Notes: a model not told the origin generated them from the sequence alone. A stretch of DNA of 64,000 nt from Candidatus Sulfomarinibacteraceae bacterium (GCA_963796455.1 CAWCLO010000003.1:64001-128000); one strand, 5' to 3'; positions 21,400 through 31,562 are shown, numbered from the stretch's first letter. Made by a program: numbers and translations.

Positions 21400-22262
21400 A
21401 GACTTACGGATCACAGAGCATGGTCGGAGAACTCAAGCGGGTGCTCGTTCGGCGTCCGGATGAGGCCTTTGGCAACGCCGATCCCGGTCGATGGCACTAC
21501 GTCGCCCAACCCGATCTCGATCAGGCGCAACGCGAACACGACGATTTCGTGGCCATATTGCGCGACAGCGGTTGTGACGTGCTCTATCACGATGCCCCGA
21601 TGCCGGACCACGCGGATGCGATTTTCACCCACGACCCGGTCATCGTGACCGACGAAGGAGCCATCGTCCTGCGTATGGGCAAGGAACTCCGGCGGGGAGA
21701 AGAGACGGCAATCGCCGACTCCCTCGAGCGACATGATGTCCCGATTTTTGCGACCCTCGAGGACGACGCGACCGCCGAGGGTGGCGACCTTCTGTGGTTA
21801 GACCACGAGACTCTTGCGGTCGGTCGCGGATACCGTACCAATGGCGAAGGACTGCGACAGCTCACGGCCGCGCTGCGCCCCATCGGGGTGGACTGTATCG
21901 AGGTCCAGTTGCCGCACGGCGACGGCCCTGATTCTTGTCTCCACCTCATGTCCCTGATCTCGATGCTCGATCACGATCTGGCTGTTGTCTACCCGCCGCT
22001 GATGCCGGTGCCTTTCTTCGAAGTCCTCAAAGACCGGGGCGTCACGGTGATCGAGGTTCCGGAGGAGGAGTATCCGACCATGGGGCCGAATGTGCTCGCG
22101 CTCGGCCCGAGACGTTGCCTTTCAATCGACGGCAATCCGGTAACCAGGAGGCGGATGGAGGCAGCCGGTTGTGAGGTTCTCACCTACCGGGGCTACGAAC
22201 TCTCGCTGAAGGCCGAGGGAGGCGCCACCTGTCTGACGCGGCCGGTCCTGCGCGCTCGATAG
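21396..22262 (+). CDS. Amidinotransferase/arginine deiminase family protein (DDAH-like)
   Basis: IFTHDP, RRGE, EGGD, RTN, LHL, C-terminal GGATCLTRP. Confidence 0.9.
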   Translation: MKTYGSQSMVGELKRVLVRRPDEAFGNADPGRWHYVAQPDLDQAQREHDDFVAILRDSGCDVLYHDAPMPDHADAIFTHDPVIVTDEGAIVLRMGKELRRGEETAIADSLERHDVPIFATLEDDATAEGGDLLWLDHETLAVGRGYRTNGEGLRQLTAALRPIGVDCIEVQLPHGDGPDSCLHLMSLISMLDHDLAVVYPPLMPVPFFEVLKDRGVTVIEVPEEEYPTMGPNVLALGPRRCLSIDGNPVTRRRMEAAGCEVLTYRGYELSLKAEGGATCLTRPVLRAR

Positions 22263-22340
22263 GGCCCGCCACGAGTTGACCGAAGTCAAGGCAAGACACC
22301 GTCCAACCTGCAAGAATCGGTCAAAAGCGAGGCATGAAAA

Positions 22341-22895
22341 ATGGATCCGATCGAAGCGCTCAGAAACGAGCACGTGTTGATCCGGCAATTCGTCGACCTC
22401 CTGTCGGTGGCGGTCGAGCGCCTCGAGATCGAAGAACCTCCACCCCGAGCCTTCTTCGACAACGGCATCGATTTTGTCCGCGGCTTTTCCGACGGTTTCC
22501 ACCACAAAAAGGAAGAGCTGGTGATGTTCCGGCAGTTGGCACAAAAAAAGAACGGCGCCATCGACGGTCAGATCGAGGCCCTCCGGTATCAGCACGATCA
22601 AGGCCGGAGCTTCATTCAGGCCATCGCCGGCGCCCTCGACGGTTATGCCGCTGGTGACCCGGGCGATGGGTCGATCGTGCGGGAGAACGCCGCCGCCTTC
22701 GCATCACTGCTGAAACACCACATCCACATCGAGGACCACATCTTCTTTCCCATGTCACAGGAGGAGATGAGCCCCCAAGAGCTCGAGGAGCTGGGTCTCA
22801 AGTTTGAAAAGGTGCAGAAAAAGCACGGATCGGACACCTTCGAGCGTTATCGCAAGCTTGTCAACGATCTCGACGAGATGCTCGGTGAACGATGA
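22341..22895 (+). CDS. Hemerythrin-like (HHE) domain protein, paralog 1
   Basis: EHVLI, HHKKEE, QHDQGR, HIHIEDHIFFP iron-ligand pattern. Confidence 0.92.
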   Translation: MDPIEALRNEHVLIRQFVDLLSVAVERLEIEEPPPRAFFDNGIDFVRGFSDGFHHKKEELVMFRQLAQKKNGAIDGQIEALRYQHDQGRSFIQAIAGALDGYAAGDPGDGSIVRENAAAFASLLKHHIHIEDHIFFPMSQEEMSPQELEELGLKFEKVQKKHGSDTFERYRKLVNDLDEMLGER

Positions 22896-23515
22896 ATCGC
22901 TCGGCCGACGAACTCGCCGAACAGGCCGGAGATTGGGCCCTGATGCGATTGTTACTGGCTCGACCCAATGAAGACTGGAAACGGGATCTGCTCCACTTTT
23001 CCACCGACACGGTCGACCCGGAGCTCACCAGTGCTGTCCAGATGGCCCAGGCCGAGGGCAACGACTACTTCCACCAGGCTCTTTTCGGAGTCGAGGGCCT
23101 CCTGACCTCGAGGGAATCGGAGTATCGTTTCGAGCGTGATCGAGGCGCGGTCCTGGCAGATCTCGAAGGGATGAGAGAGCGTTTTTCATTTTCCTGGGGC
23201 GGCGCCGAACCGGCCGACCACATTCTGGCCATGGTCGGATTGATGGCGCACATCCTCGACCTTCAGGCACGGGCTCTTCGTGACGATCAGATCGGCGAGG
23301 CCCTCTACCTCGAAGGCATCGCCGAATGGCTCAGGAGAGGCCATCTCGCGTGGTTTGCCGAGCAGATCGCCTCCGCCTTGAACTCGACTCAAGTCTGCTA
23401 TTTATCGCACGTGGCGCACGCACTCGAACAACGCGTCCTACCCGCCGGCGAGCGTGGGAAACCGGCACGCCGCCCGTCGGAATCGATCCGAGACCACGAA
23501 CCGACAAAAACCTGA
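22892..23515 (+). CDS. TorD/DmsD-family redox enzyme maturation chaperone-like protein
   Basis: ESEY motif, EPADH signature followed by helix ILAMVGLMA, HLAWFAEQI; all-helical, 207 aa. Confidence 0.7.
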   Translation: MNRSADELAEQAGDWALMRLLLARPNEDWKRDLLHFSTDTVDPELTSAVQMAQAEGNDYFHQALFGVEGLLTSRESEYRFERDRGAVLADLEGMRERFSFSWGGAEPADHILAMVGLMAHILDLQARALRDDQIGEALYLEGIAEWLRRGHLAWFAEQIASALNSTQVCYLSHVAHALEQRVLPAGERGKPARRPSESIRDHEPTKT

Positions 23516-23524
23516 GGAGGCATC

Positions 23525-24082
23525 ATGGACCCGATCGAGACCCTGACCAACGAGCACGGATTGATCCGACAATTTCTCGATACCCTGGCCCTGGCGGCGG
23601 AAAAAATCGAAAACGGGTCCCGCCCATCGTCGGCGTTCTTTGAAAAGGGGGTGGATTTTGCCCGGACGTTCGCCGACAAGTACCACCATTTCAAAGAGGA
23701 GCACGTCCTTTTTCTCCAACTCGCGCAGAAAAAGCAGGGTGAGGTGGATGCCCAACTCGAGGCCCTCCGATATGAGCATGAGCGCGGTCGTTCATTGGTC
23801 ACCGGAATCGAAAGTGCGCTCGAAGGATACGAAAAAAACGACCCGATCAAAACCGGTGAACTGCTCGAGAACGTGGCCGCGTATGTCTCGCTACTGCGCC
23901 ACCACATCCACGTCGAAGACCATGTGTTCTACCCGATGGCGCGAAAGACCCTGACCGCGGATGAGTTCGAGGCGCTGACCCCGGAATTCAAGAAGGCCCA
24001 CGACCGATACGGCTCCGACACCTTCGAACGCTGCCACAAAACCGTGGTGGATATGGGTTCGATCGTGACGCATATGCGGTGA
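23525..24082 (+). CDS. Hemerythrin-like (HHE) domain protein, paralog 2
   Basis: EHGLI, HHFKEE, EHERGR, HIHVEDHVFYP; aligns end to end with 22341-22895; GAGGAGG RBS. Confidence 0.92.
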   Translation: MDPIETLTNEHGLIRQFLDTLALAAEKIENGSRPSSAFFEKGVDFARTFADKYHHFKEEHVLFLQLAQKKQGEVDAQLEALRYEHERGRSLVTGIESALEGYEKNDPIKTGELLENVAAYVSLLRHHIHVEDHVFYPMARKTLTADEFEALTPEFKKAHDRYGSDTFERCHKTVVDMGSIVTHMR

Positions 24083-24118
24083 ACGACCGCAGAACGAAGA
24101 GCGTCTCAAGAGCTGGGA

Positions 24119-24216
24119 TGCGAATCGCAATCGCTATCGGGATCGCTATCGCTACGATCTGGCTTGATGGCCTACGGTCGTCGATAGCGATTCCGATAGC
24201 GATGGCGATAGCGACC
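24119..24216. repeat. ATCGCT/AGCGAT hexamer tandem-inverted repeat between convergent genes
   Basis: gaatcgcaatcgctatcgggatcgctatcgct ... tcgatagcgattccgatagcgatggcgatagcga. Confidence 0.8.
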
Positions 24217-24249
24217 GGCCCGAAAGTCAGCGCGCTTGCGTCCGCCCAC

Positions 24250-25275
24250 TCAACTCCAAAAACCCACTCCAACCTTTGCGGGAGCCCCAGGCACCTCTCG
24301 CACGAGACGCGGGACCAGATAGCCCGGCAGTCGCGCGCACAGGTTCTCGAAGATGCTTTTTGCCTCAGCTTCAGGGACATCGAAGTGGGCCGCTCCAGCT
24401 ACAGGGTCGAGCATGTGGAGGTAGTAGGGCAGCACCCCGGCGGCAAAAAGCTCCTCGCTGAGTTCTGCGAGAACGTCAACCGAGTCGTTGACCCCACGCA
24501 AAAGCACCGATTGGTTGAGGAGGGTGATCTCGGTCGCACCCAGGGCGGCCAGGGCGCGGCGAACATCAGCATCGATTTCGTTGCGGTGATTGACGTGCAG
24601 CACCATCACCGTGGGCAACCCGAGCCCGCCGATCCACGAGGTCAATGCTCCGTCGACCCGCTGCGGTAGGACGATCGGCAGACGGGTGTGAATCCGTAAC
24701 CTTTTCAACTGCGGCAGCGCCGCCAACTTGCGAGCCAGCACTTCCAGCCGGGAGTCCGGCACCGACAACGGATCGCCGCCCGAGAGGATGACTTCGACGA
24801 TGGCGGGATCCGAGCCTATTCGATCGACGACGTCGTCCCACCCTGGTGGTACGGGTCCCTGGTCGGAGTACGGAAAATGACGCCGAAAACAATATCGGCA
24901 ATGAACGGCACAGGCGCCGGTCACCATCACCAGCGCCCGCCCGTGGTACTTGTGAAGCAAACCACCGGTGGGTGGATCCTGGAGCTCAGCGACCGGGTCA
25001 TTTCCAAAGCCCGGAACCGGCTTCGTCTCGAGGCCGATCGGCAATATCTGTCGGAGCAGGGGATCATCCGGATCACCACGATGTATGCGACTCACAAAGC
25101 CCCGTGGTACCCTGAGCCCGAAGCTGTCAGCGGCCTGAATCGCCTCGGCCCGAACGCCGAGGGACGAAGCGTTCAAGCCGAGCAACCCGAGCAACTCGTC
25201 GAGATCGGTGACCGCGTCGGCGAGGTGTTTCTTCCAGGCTCCAATCGGCCAAGGGGCATTTGATATCGTGCTCAT
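24250..25275 (-). CDS. epmB: EF-P beta-lysylation protein EpmB (KamA-family radical SAM lysine 2,3-aminomutase)
   Basis: [60 protein letters not shown]; divergent from efp. Confidence 0.95.
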   Translation of the reverse strand: MSTISNAPWPIGAWKKHLADAVTDLDELLGLLGLNASSLGVRAEAIQAADSFGLRVPRGFVSRIHRGDPDDPLLRQILPIGLETKPVPGFGNDPVAELQDPPTGGLLHKYHGRALVMVTGACAVHCRYCFRRHFPYSDQGPVPPGWDDVVDRIGSDPAIVEVILSGGDPLSVPDSRLEVLARKLAALPQLKRLRIHTRLPIVLPQRVDGALTSWIGGLGLPTVMVLHVNHRNEIDADVRRALAALGATEITLLNQSVLLRGVNDSVDVLAELSEELFAAGVLPYYLHMLDPVAGAAHFDVPEAEAKSIFENLCARLPGYLVPRLVREVPGAPAKVGVGFWS

Positions 25276-25328
25276 CCGGCGCAGTCTCGCAGTTTCGGTA
25301 TGATCGATGCAAGCAAGGAGATCGTAAA

Positions 25329-25892
25329 ATGGCTACCTACAACCTGAATCAGGTCAAAGTCGGGCTCAAAATCATGGTCGACGGCGACCCCTGTGTCATC
25401 GTCGGGGCGGAGTTCGTCAAACCCGGCAAGGGGCAGGCTTTCACCAAAGTCAAATACAAGAACTACAAGACTGAACGGGTCAATGAAAAGACCCTCAAGG
25501 CCTCGGATACTTTCGAAGGGGCCGATGTCGTCGACAAAGAAATGCAGTATCTCTACACCGACGGCCGAACCTTCACCTTCATGGATCAGAACACCTATGA
25601 GCAGGTCGAGGCCAATGTCGAGGCGCTCGGCAACTCGCAACAGTTCCTGAAGGAAGAAGACCTGTGCATCGTCACCCTGCTCGAGGGCAATCCGATTGTG
25701 GTCACGCCGCCGAATTTCGTCGTCCTCGAGGTCACCGAAACCGACCCGGGGGTCAAGGGTGACACCTCGGGCGGCGGCAACAAGCCGGCGACCTGCGAAA
25801 CCGGCGCCGTGATCCGGGTGCCCCTCTTTGTCCAGCAGGGCGAAAAGGTCAAGGTGGACACTCGCACGGGAGAATATGTCTCGAGGGCTTGA
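25329..25892 (+). CDS. efp: Elongation factor P
   Basis: [10 protein letters not shown] loop, [33 protein letters not shown] at 25329 after AGGAG. Confidence 0.98.
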   Translation: MATYNLNQVKVGLKIMVDGDPCVIVGAEFVKPGKGQAFTKVKYKNYKTERVNEKTLKASDTFEGADVVDKEMQYLYTDGRTFTFMDQNTYEQVEANVEALGNSQQFLKEEDLCIVTLLEGNPIVVTPPNFVVLEVTETDPGVKGDTSGGGNKPATCETGAVIRVPLFVQQGEKVKVDTRTGEYVSRA

Positions 25893-25894
25893 CC

Positions 25895-26036
25895 CCGCGT
25901 CCGAGTCCGCGTCCGCGTCCGTGACCGACTCGTATTCAGAGTTCGGAGTTCGGATTTCGGAGTTGCCACCAGCCAACCCCCCGAAACGGGACCGCGGGCG
26001 GAAACTCAAAACTCAAAACTCAAAACTCAAAACTGA
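25895..26036. repeat. GTCCGC, GAGTTCG and AAAACTC tandem arrays between efp and epmA
   Basis: gtccgagtccgcgtccgcgtcc; gagttcggagttcggatttcggag; gcgggcggaaactcaaaactcaaaactcaaaactcaaaactga (right arm shared with 57076-57119). Confidence 0.8.
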
Positions 26037-26051
26037 TCCCCGGTCTACGTT

Positions 26052-27027
26052 ATGACTTCGGCCCGAGACGATTGGCGCCCCACAGCATCCATCGAAATGC
26101 TTCGCCTCCGCGCCGAGGTGCTCTCCGTGATCCGCACGTTTTTTGCCGAACGTGGGGTGCTCGAGGTGGAGACTCCCCTGCTTGCTGCCGCGCCGGTCAC
26201 CGATGTCCACCTCAGCGCGCTGCGGAGCCGCTACCGGGGGCCGGGAGCCGACGACGGTCGCGAGCTCTTTCTTCAGACATCCCCCGAATTTGCCATGAAG
26301 AGGCTTCTGGCGGCCGGCTCCGGGCCCATCTACCAACTCTGTAAGGCCTTTCGCAACGGTGAGGCGGGCGGCATGCACAATCCGGAGTTCACGATGCTCG
26401 AGTGGTACCGCCCGGGTTGGGACCACCACAAACTGATGACCGAGATCGACCAACTCCTCTATGCGATTCTCGGTGTCCCCGAGGCCGAACGTCTGACCTA
26501 TGGCGAGGCCTTCCAAAGCCGTATCGATTTCGACCCCCACTCCATCTCGATTGAGGAGTTGCGGCAGCAGGTCTCGAAACTCGGGGTCGACGACCCCGAG
26601 GGGCTCGACCGCGACGATTTGTTGGATCTCGCCCTAACCCACATCGTCATGCCCACGCTCGGCCACGATCGACCAACCGTCATCCACGACTACCCCGCCT
26701 CTCAGGCTGCCCTCGCACGAACCCGGCCCGGTCCACCGCCGGTGGCCGAGCGTTTCGAGTTTTTTGTAGAAGGCGTCGAACTCGCAAACGGCTACCACGA
26801 ACTGGTGGATCCAGCCGAACAGCGGCGGCGCTTCGAAGCGGACCTTGAGCGCACGACGCAAGGCCGGTCTGGCAGAGGTCCCGATCGACCAACGGCTCCT
26901 GGCCGCCCTTGACGATGGTCTGCCCGACTGTGCTGGCGTGGCACTCGGGGTGGATCGTTTGGTGATGCTCAAAGCGGGAGCCCGTGAGATCTCCGAGGTC
27001 ATCGCGTTCCCGATCGACAGGGCGTAG
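26052..27027 (+). pseudogene. epmA: EF-P lysine aminoacylase EpmA (PoxA/GenX), split by one extra base near 26850 (probably an assembly error)
   Basis: [46 protein letters not shown] in ORF 26052-26912; C-terminus [15 protein letters not shown] in the +1 frame (26845-27027). Confidence 0.9.
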
Positions 27028-27120
27028 CTCGGGAACAACGAACAGTAAACGGCGACAGCGGACAGCGTCAGCCAACAGAGGTCAGCGGCAGCGACAGTGG
27101 TCGGCGTCAGCGAACAGCAC

Positions 27121-27474
27121 TCACATTTTCGGGTTCAACAGCCGCCAGGTCATGGCACGGACCTGATCGAAGGCGTTCATCGCGTCGCAGGCGGCTGTCC
27201 GACTGATAGCCCCCGCGTGGGCGAGAAGCTTCAAGTGGCTGTCGACCTCTTTGGCCGAGGCGTAGGCGATTCTCCAGTGGTTCGACCGGTCTCTACCGAA
27301 TCGGCCGTGCCCTTCCGCCAGATTCGCAGGGACTGAACTCGCCGACCGGATCACCTGATCGGCTATCGACTTCAACGGAGCTGGAACCCTCATCACAAGC
27401 TTTATCGCGATTCCCGCGGCTTCGAGGGCTTTCGAGTGGGCAACGAGGTTGGTGTTCGGGACGGCGTTGGACAT
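27121..27474 (-). CDS. Four-helix-bundle protein (23S rRNA IVP / Avd-like family)
   Basis: IADQVIRSASSVPANLAEGHGR..HWRIAYASAKEVDSHL signature; 117 aa; GGAGGTGA RBS before ATG at 27474. Confidence 0.92.
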   Translation of the reverse strand: MSNAVPNTNLVAHSKALEAAGIAIKLVMRVPAPLKSIADQVIRSASSVPANLAEGHGRFGRDRSNHWRIAYASAKEVDSHLKLLAHAGAISRTAACDAMNAFDQVRAMTWRLLNPKM

Positions 27475-27611
27475 GGTCACCTCCGGGTCGTTCATGCCTA
27501 TACCCACAAGCCGGTGTGGCGGGCGATGTCAAGGGTGCCCTGCACCCTGCCTGCCCTTGACATCGGTCGCCCACCGGCTACGCCTTCCGTTGAACGACCC
27601 GGAGGTGGCCA
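27474..27611 (-). promoter_or_regulatory. 138-nt leader hairpin occluding the RBS of the four-helix-bundle gene
   Basis: 27474-27494 and 27591-27611 are inverted repeats (20/21 match) covering GGAGGTG; inner arms 27510-27535 and 27554-27578. Confidence 0.75.
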
Positions 27612-27711
27612 CTTCGCCGCCTGGATTCCTGACCGCTGCTGCCGATCGCTGAACGCTGTTTCCGGTCGCTGTTCCCTGCCGCTGACGCTGGACACTGTCG
27701 CTGCCGCTGAA

Positions 27712-27803
27712 TTTCGGGATCGGGATCGGGATCGCTATCTAAGAATTCCGCCTCCGACCAGCCAGTCGATAGCGATAGCGAAGGCGATTCCGATAGCGAT
27801 TGA
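27712..27803. repeat. GGGATC/CGATAG hexamer tandem-inverted repeat
   Basis: tcgggatcgggatcgggatcgctatc ... tcgatagcgatagcgaaggcgattccgatagcgat. Confidence 0.75.
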
Positions 27804-27822
27804 CAAGCGCTATACTCCCCCC

Positions 27823-28500
27823 ATGACTCTCACATTGATCGTGGTGTTTTCGGCGCTCTTTGTAATGACCCACATCGGAATGAGCCACGGCTCCATCCGC
27901 CAGGGCCTGGTGGACAAAATGGGCCAGTGGCCGTTCCGTGGCCTGTATTCACTGGTGGCCTTCCTCACAATTGGGCCGGCCGCGGTCCTGTGGTGGCAAA
28001 ATCGCCATCTCGGCCCGGTCCTCTGGGAGCTGCCGTTCTGGGGTGAAAAGATCATCACCGGTGTGCTGGTGCTCGGCGGCTTCCTGCTGCTCTTCCAGCT
28101 GCTGGCAGACCCGAGTCCCGCCAGCATGATCCCGGCCAAGATCGAGGCCAGGGGTGTTCTCCGTATCACCCGCCATCCCATGAACATGGGAATCGCCCTG
28201 TGGGCGCTGGGCCACCTACTGGCCAACGGCATGGTGGGCGATGTGGCCTTTTTCGGTTCGTTTTTTCTGGTTGGGATGATCGGTCCGTACCAGATGGACG
28301 CACGCCTGAAGCGGCAGAAGGGCCAAGATTTCGTGGAATTCTGCAAACAGACATCCGTGATTCCCTTTTCGGCAATCCTCGGCCGCCGCAACCGCCTCGC
28401 CCTCGATGAGCTCTCGTTACCGTTGATCATCCTCGCCGTGGCCGCCTTCGTCGCACTGGCATTTTTCCACGGCAACTTGTTCGGTGGAGAGGTGTATTAG
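27823..28500 (+). CDS. NnrU-family membrane protein
   Basis: FVMTH, FRGLYSLVA, GVLRITRHPM, LWALGHLLANG, TSVIPFSAI. Confidence 0.9.
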   Translation: MTLTLIVVFSALFVMTHIGMSHGSIRQGLVDKMGQWPFRGLYSLVAFLTIGPAAVLWWQNRHLGPVLWELPFWGEKIITGVLVLGGFLLLFQLLADPSPASMIPAKIEARGVLRITRHPMNMGIALWALGHLLANGMVGDVAFFGSFFLVGMIGPYQMDARLKRQKGQDFVEFCKQTSVIPFSAILGRRNRLALDELSLPLIILAVAAFVALAFFHGNLFGGEVY

Positions 28501-28692
28501 GGGCACCGAGAATCAGGTTTCACCGTTCGCATTGATTGGCCGCGGATCACGCGGTCGAAAACAGACGAGGCCACCCCTTCCTGGCTGCACCGATTGGCGC
28601 CTCGAGCCTCGGCTGCGTTGGCCGGTCAACGGCATCTCGATTTCCGAGTTCCCAATTCCTGATTCCCAATTCTGCAGAGCTATACTCTTGCG

Positions 28693-29424
28693 GTGACAAC
28701 AGCTGCTGCAATCATCATCGGTGACGAAATTCTCTCGGGCAAGGTTCGCGATGCCAATGCACCGCCACTGATTGATCTGTTCTCCGAGATGGGGGTCGAT
28801 CTGCGAAAGGTCTCCTTCATCAGCGACGAGGACGAGGACATCATTGCCGAAGTCCGCGCCTGTTCGGAACTCTACGACGTGGTCATCACCTCGGGAGGCG
28901 TCGGTCCGACCCACGACGACCGAACGGTCGACGCCATCGCCGCGGCATTCGGAGTCGGGGTGTTGCTCCACCCGGATCTCGAAAGAATGATCCGGGCGTG
29001 GTGGGGAGAACGCTTCACCGAAGCTGCTCTGAGAATAGGCCGCGTGCCCGAGGGCAGCCGATTGGTTTATTCAGGCGATGGCCTGATCCCTCTCGTGGTC
29101 TTTCAGAACATCTATATCTTCCCGGGCATCCCCCGTCTCTTTGCCGCGAAGATCGTTGGTCTCCGTGACGAAATCGAAGGTGCCGAACGAACTCTTGTCA
29201 ATCTCTTTTTGAGCCCCGACGAAAGCGCGATTGCCGAGAGGCTGGCTGCGGTCGACAGCGAGATTCCCGATGTCAAGATCGGCAGCTACCCGCGGTCCGA
29301 GGGTGAGGACCACCGGGTGTGGGTCACGGTGGAGGCCGCCGAAAAAGAGACCGTCGAGGCAACCATCGCACGCCTTCTCGAACTCCTCGACGACGACGAA
29401 ATCGTCCGGATCGAGAGACCCTGA
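28693..29424 (+). CDS. CinA-like molybdopterin-binding (MoCF) domain protein
   Basis: IIIGDEILSGKVRDAN, TSGGVGPTHDDRT, FPGIP, IGSYP. Confidence 0.9.
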   Translation: MTTAAAIIIGDEILSGKVRDANAPPLIDLFSEMGVDLRKVSFISDEDEDIIAEVRACSELYDVVITSGGVGPTHDDRTVDAIAAAFGVGVLLHPDLERMIRAWWGERFTEAALRIGRVPEGSRLVYSGDGLIPLVVFQNIYIFPGIPRLFAAKIVGLRDEIEGAERTLVNLFLSPDESAIAERLAAVDSEIPDVKIGSYPRSEGEDHRVWVTVEAAEKETVEATIARLLELLDDDEIVRIERP

Positions 29425-29476
29425 TCCGTGAGTTTCGAACGCCCTTCGGTGGACGGCGGCCGCACGAGAGTCAGTT

Positions 29477-31438
29477 ATGGGTGCTGATCCACAAACCGAA
29501 CGTTGGCACCTCTATCTCGCCGATCTTCAGGATCGACCGGACGCATCCTTCACCGAGCAGGAAGATCGATTCAACTCGATCTTCGACAATCGTGATCCGG
29601 CTCTACCGCCCCCACCCATCTGGATCCCCGACGCCGATCGACTGATCAACAGCAATCTCGGGCACCTGATGCAGGAACTCGGATTCGAGACCTACCGCGA
29701 GCTCCATAGCTGGTCGACCCGGCAGCGCGGCGATTTCTGGCGGCGCGCTGTGGACCGGCTCGGCATCATCTTCAGCCGACAACCGGAGCGGATCCTCGAT
29801 CACTCGGGGGGCACGACCCACCCGGTTTGGTTGCCCGGCGCTCAACTCAACATCGTCGACAGTTGTTTTCAGGCTGAAGGTGACAGGGTCGCAGTCGCGC
29901 TGGGAGGAGAAGGAAGCGACGGCATCCAAACCCACACCTACGGTGAACTCGAGACCCTCGTCAATCGAATCGCCAACGGACTTCTGAAACACGGATTCGC
30001 GGCAGGGGACGCGATTGCACTTTACATGCCGATGAATCTGGAATGCGTGGCCGCCTATCTGGCGATCATCCGGTCGGGCTGCGTCGTCGTTTCTATCGCC
30101 GACAGTTTTGCGCCACCCGAAGTCTCCCGAAGGCTCGAGATCGCCGCGGCGGTCGGAGTGATCACGGTCGACAACTTCAGCCGCGGCGGCAGGACGATTT
30201 CGTTGTATGACAAGGTCCGGGCCGCCGGCGCTCCAAGGACCGTCGTGATCCAGGCAGGCGGCGGGGCCGCCATTGACCTGCGCGACGGAGATCTCCTGTG
30301 GCGGGACCTGCTGAGCGACGATCCCAGCTTCGAGAGTGTGCCGGCTCCTCCCACCGGCATCACCAATGTGTTGTTTTCATCAGGGACCACCGGCGATCCC
30401 AAGGCCATACCCTGGACCCAGCTCACGCCCATCAAATGTGCGGTGGACGGCCACTTCCACCAGGACATCCACCCTGGAAACGTGCTTGCTTGGCCGACCA
30501 ACATCGGTTGGATGATGGGGCCTTGGCTGATCTACGCGGCGCTCATCAACCGCGCTTGTATCGCGCTCTTCGAGGGCCTTCCCACGGGTCGCGATTTCAC
30601 CGAATTTGTTCAAAATGCCGGGGTGACGATGCTCGGTGTCGTGCCCTCATTGGTTCGCGCCTGGCGCGAATCGGGGGCCTGCGAGGGCACGGACTGGACC
30701 GGCATCCGCGTCTTCAGTTCCACCGGCGAACCTTCAAACCGTGTCGACTCTCTGTGGTTGATGAGCCGGGCCGGCTATCAGGCTCCGATCATCGAGTACT
30801 GCGGGGGAACCGAGATTGGCGGCGGCCATCTCACCGGCACCGTCGTGCAACCGGCATCGCCGGCCGCATTTTCGACTCCGGCACTAGGACTCGATCTGGT
30901 CGTGCTCGACGACAACGGACAGATAGTGGAAGTAGGTTCCGAAGGCGAGGTCTTTTTGGTGCCTCCGTCGATCGGGTTGTCGCAGAGCTTGCTCAACCGC
31001 GATCACGATTCGATCTACTACGCCGACTGCCCCACCGGTCTCCAGGGAGAGGCTCTTCGCCGCCACGGAGACCAGGTCGCACGTCTGCCCGGCGGCTATT
31101 TCCGGGCGCAGGGCCGTGCGGATGACACCATGAATCTCGGCGGAATCAAGGTCTCATCACTCGAACTCGAGCGGGTCGTGGAACAACACCCCGCGGTCTT
31201 CGAGGCGGCGGCGGTAGCGGTCCAGCCCGATGGCGAGGGAGCGGAGGCACTGGTGATCTTTGTAGTTCTCTCCGCCGCAACGGACGCTGACGATCTCCAG
31301 CGGGATCTCGGCAGGGCCATCACCAAGGAGCTCAATCCATTGTTCAAGATCCACGATCTGGTGGTGGTGGAATCCCTCCCCAGGACGGCTTCGAACAAGT
31401 TGATGCGGCGCTTGCTGAGAAAACAGTATGCTCGTTGA
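29477..31438 (+). CDS. AMP-dependent acyl-CoA synthetase (acetate/acetoacetate-CoA ligase-like, AAE17/18-like)
   Basis: LFSSGTTGDPK, WPTNIGWMMGPW, FSSTGE, IEYCGGTEIGG, GRADDTMNLGGIK, LPRTASNK. Confidence 0.92.
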   Translation: MGADPQTERWHLYLADLQDRPDASFTEQEDRFNSIFDNRDPALPPPPIWIPDADRLINSNLGHLMQELGFETYRELHSWSTRQRGDFWRRAVDRLGIIFSRQPERILDHSGGTTHPVWLPGAQLNIVDSCFQAEGDRVAVALGGEGSDGIQTHTYGELETLVNRIANGLLKHGFAAGDAIALYMPMNLECVAAYLAIIRSGCVVVSIADSFAPPEVSRRLEIAAAVGVITVDNFSRGGRTISLYDKVRAAGAPRTVVIQAGGGAAIDLRDGDLLWRDLLSDDPSFESVPAPPTGITNVLFSSGTTGDPKAIPWTQLTPIKCAVDGHFHQDIHPGNVLAWPTNIGWMMGPWLIYAALINRACIALFEGLPTGRDFTEFVQNAGVTMLGVVPSLVRAWRESGACEGTDWTGIRVFSSTGEPSNRVDSLWLMSRAGYQAPIIEYCGGTEIGGGHLTGTVVQPASPAAFSTPALGLDLVVLDDNGQIVEVGSEGEVFLVPPSIGLSQSLLNRDHDSIYYADCPTGLQGEALRRHGDQVARLPGGYFRAQGRADDTMNLGGIKVSSLELERVVEQHPAVFEAAAVAVQPDGEGAEALVIFVVLSAATDADDLQRDLGRAITKELNPLFKIHDLVVVESLPRTASNKLMRRLLRKQYAR

Positions 31439-31489
31439 TTCCTTCCGGTTCGCAGCAAGGGAGCCCCAGTCAGCCGAATCTTGAGATTT

Positions 31490-31530
31490 CGCTCTCCCCT
31501 TCCCCCTTTCTCCCTTTCTCCATTTCTCTC
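31490..31530. repeat. CCCTTTCT octamer pyrimidine array
   Basis: ccccctttctccctttctccatttctctc; same unit as 880-915 and 40044-40075. Confidence 0.55.
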
Positions 31531-31562
31531 ATTCGTGGCTCCTCCGGTGGTACTCTGTCGCC

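Larger units (their letters stand above)
27028..27712 (-). mobile_element. Full-length copy A of the dispersed element: CAGCGR-repeat arm, long hairpin leader, four-helix-bundle gene, YCGCTG-repeat arm
   Basis: Homologous by eye to 17241-17430, 33987-34407 and 47318-47571; the two flanking arms carry mutually complementary CAGCG/CGCTG units. Confidence 0.8.

Noticed and set aside
24079..24669. ORF with IAIAIG repeats as a membrane protein
   Set aside because: It is the translation of the ATCGCT repeat plus the antisense of epmB.
27028..27712. 23S rRNA intervening sequence
   Set aside because: The flanks are epmA and nnrU, not rRNA sequence.
27800..27816. TTGACA plus TATACT as a consensus sigma70 promoter for nnrU
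   Set aside because: The spacer is only 5 nt; only the -10 is plausibly used.
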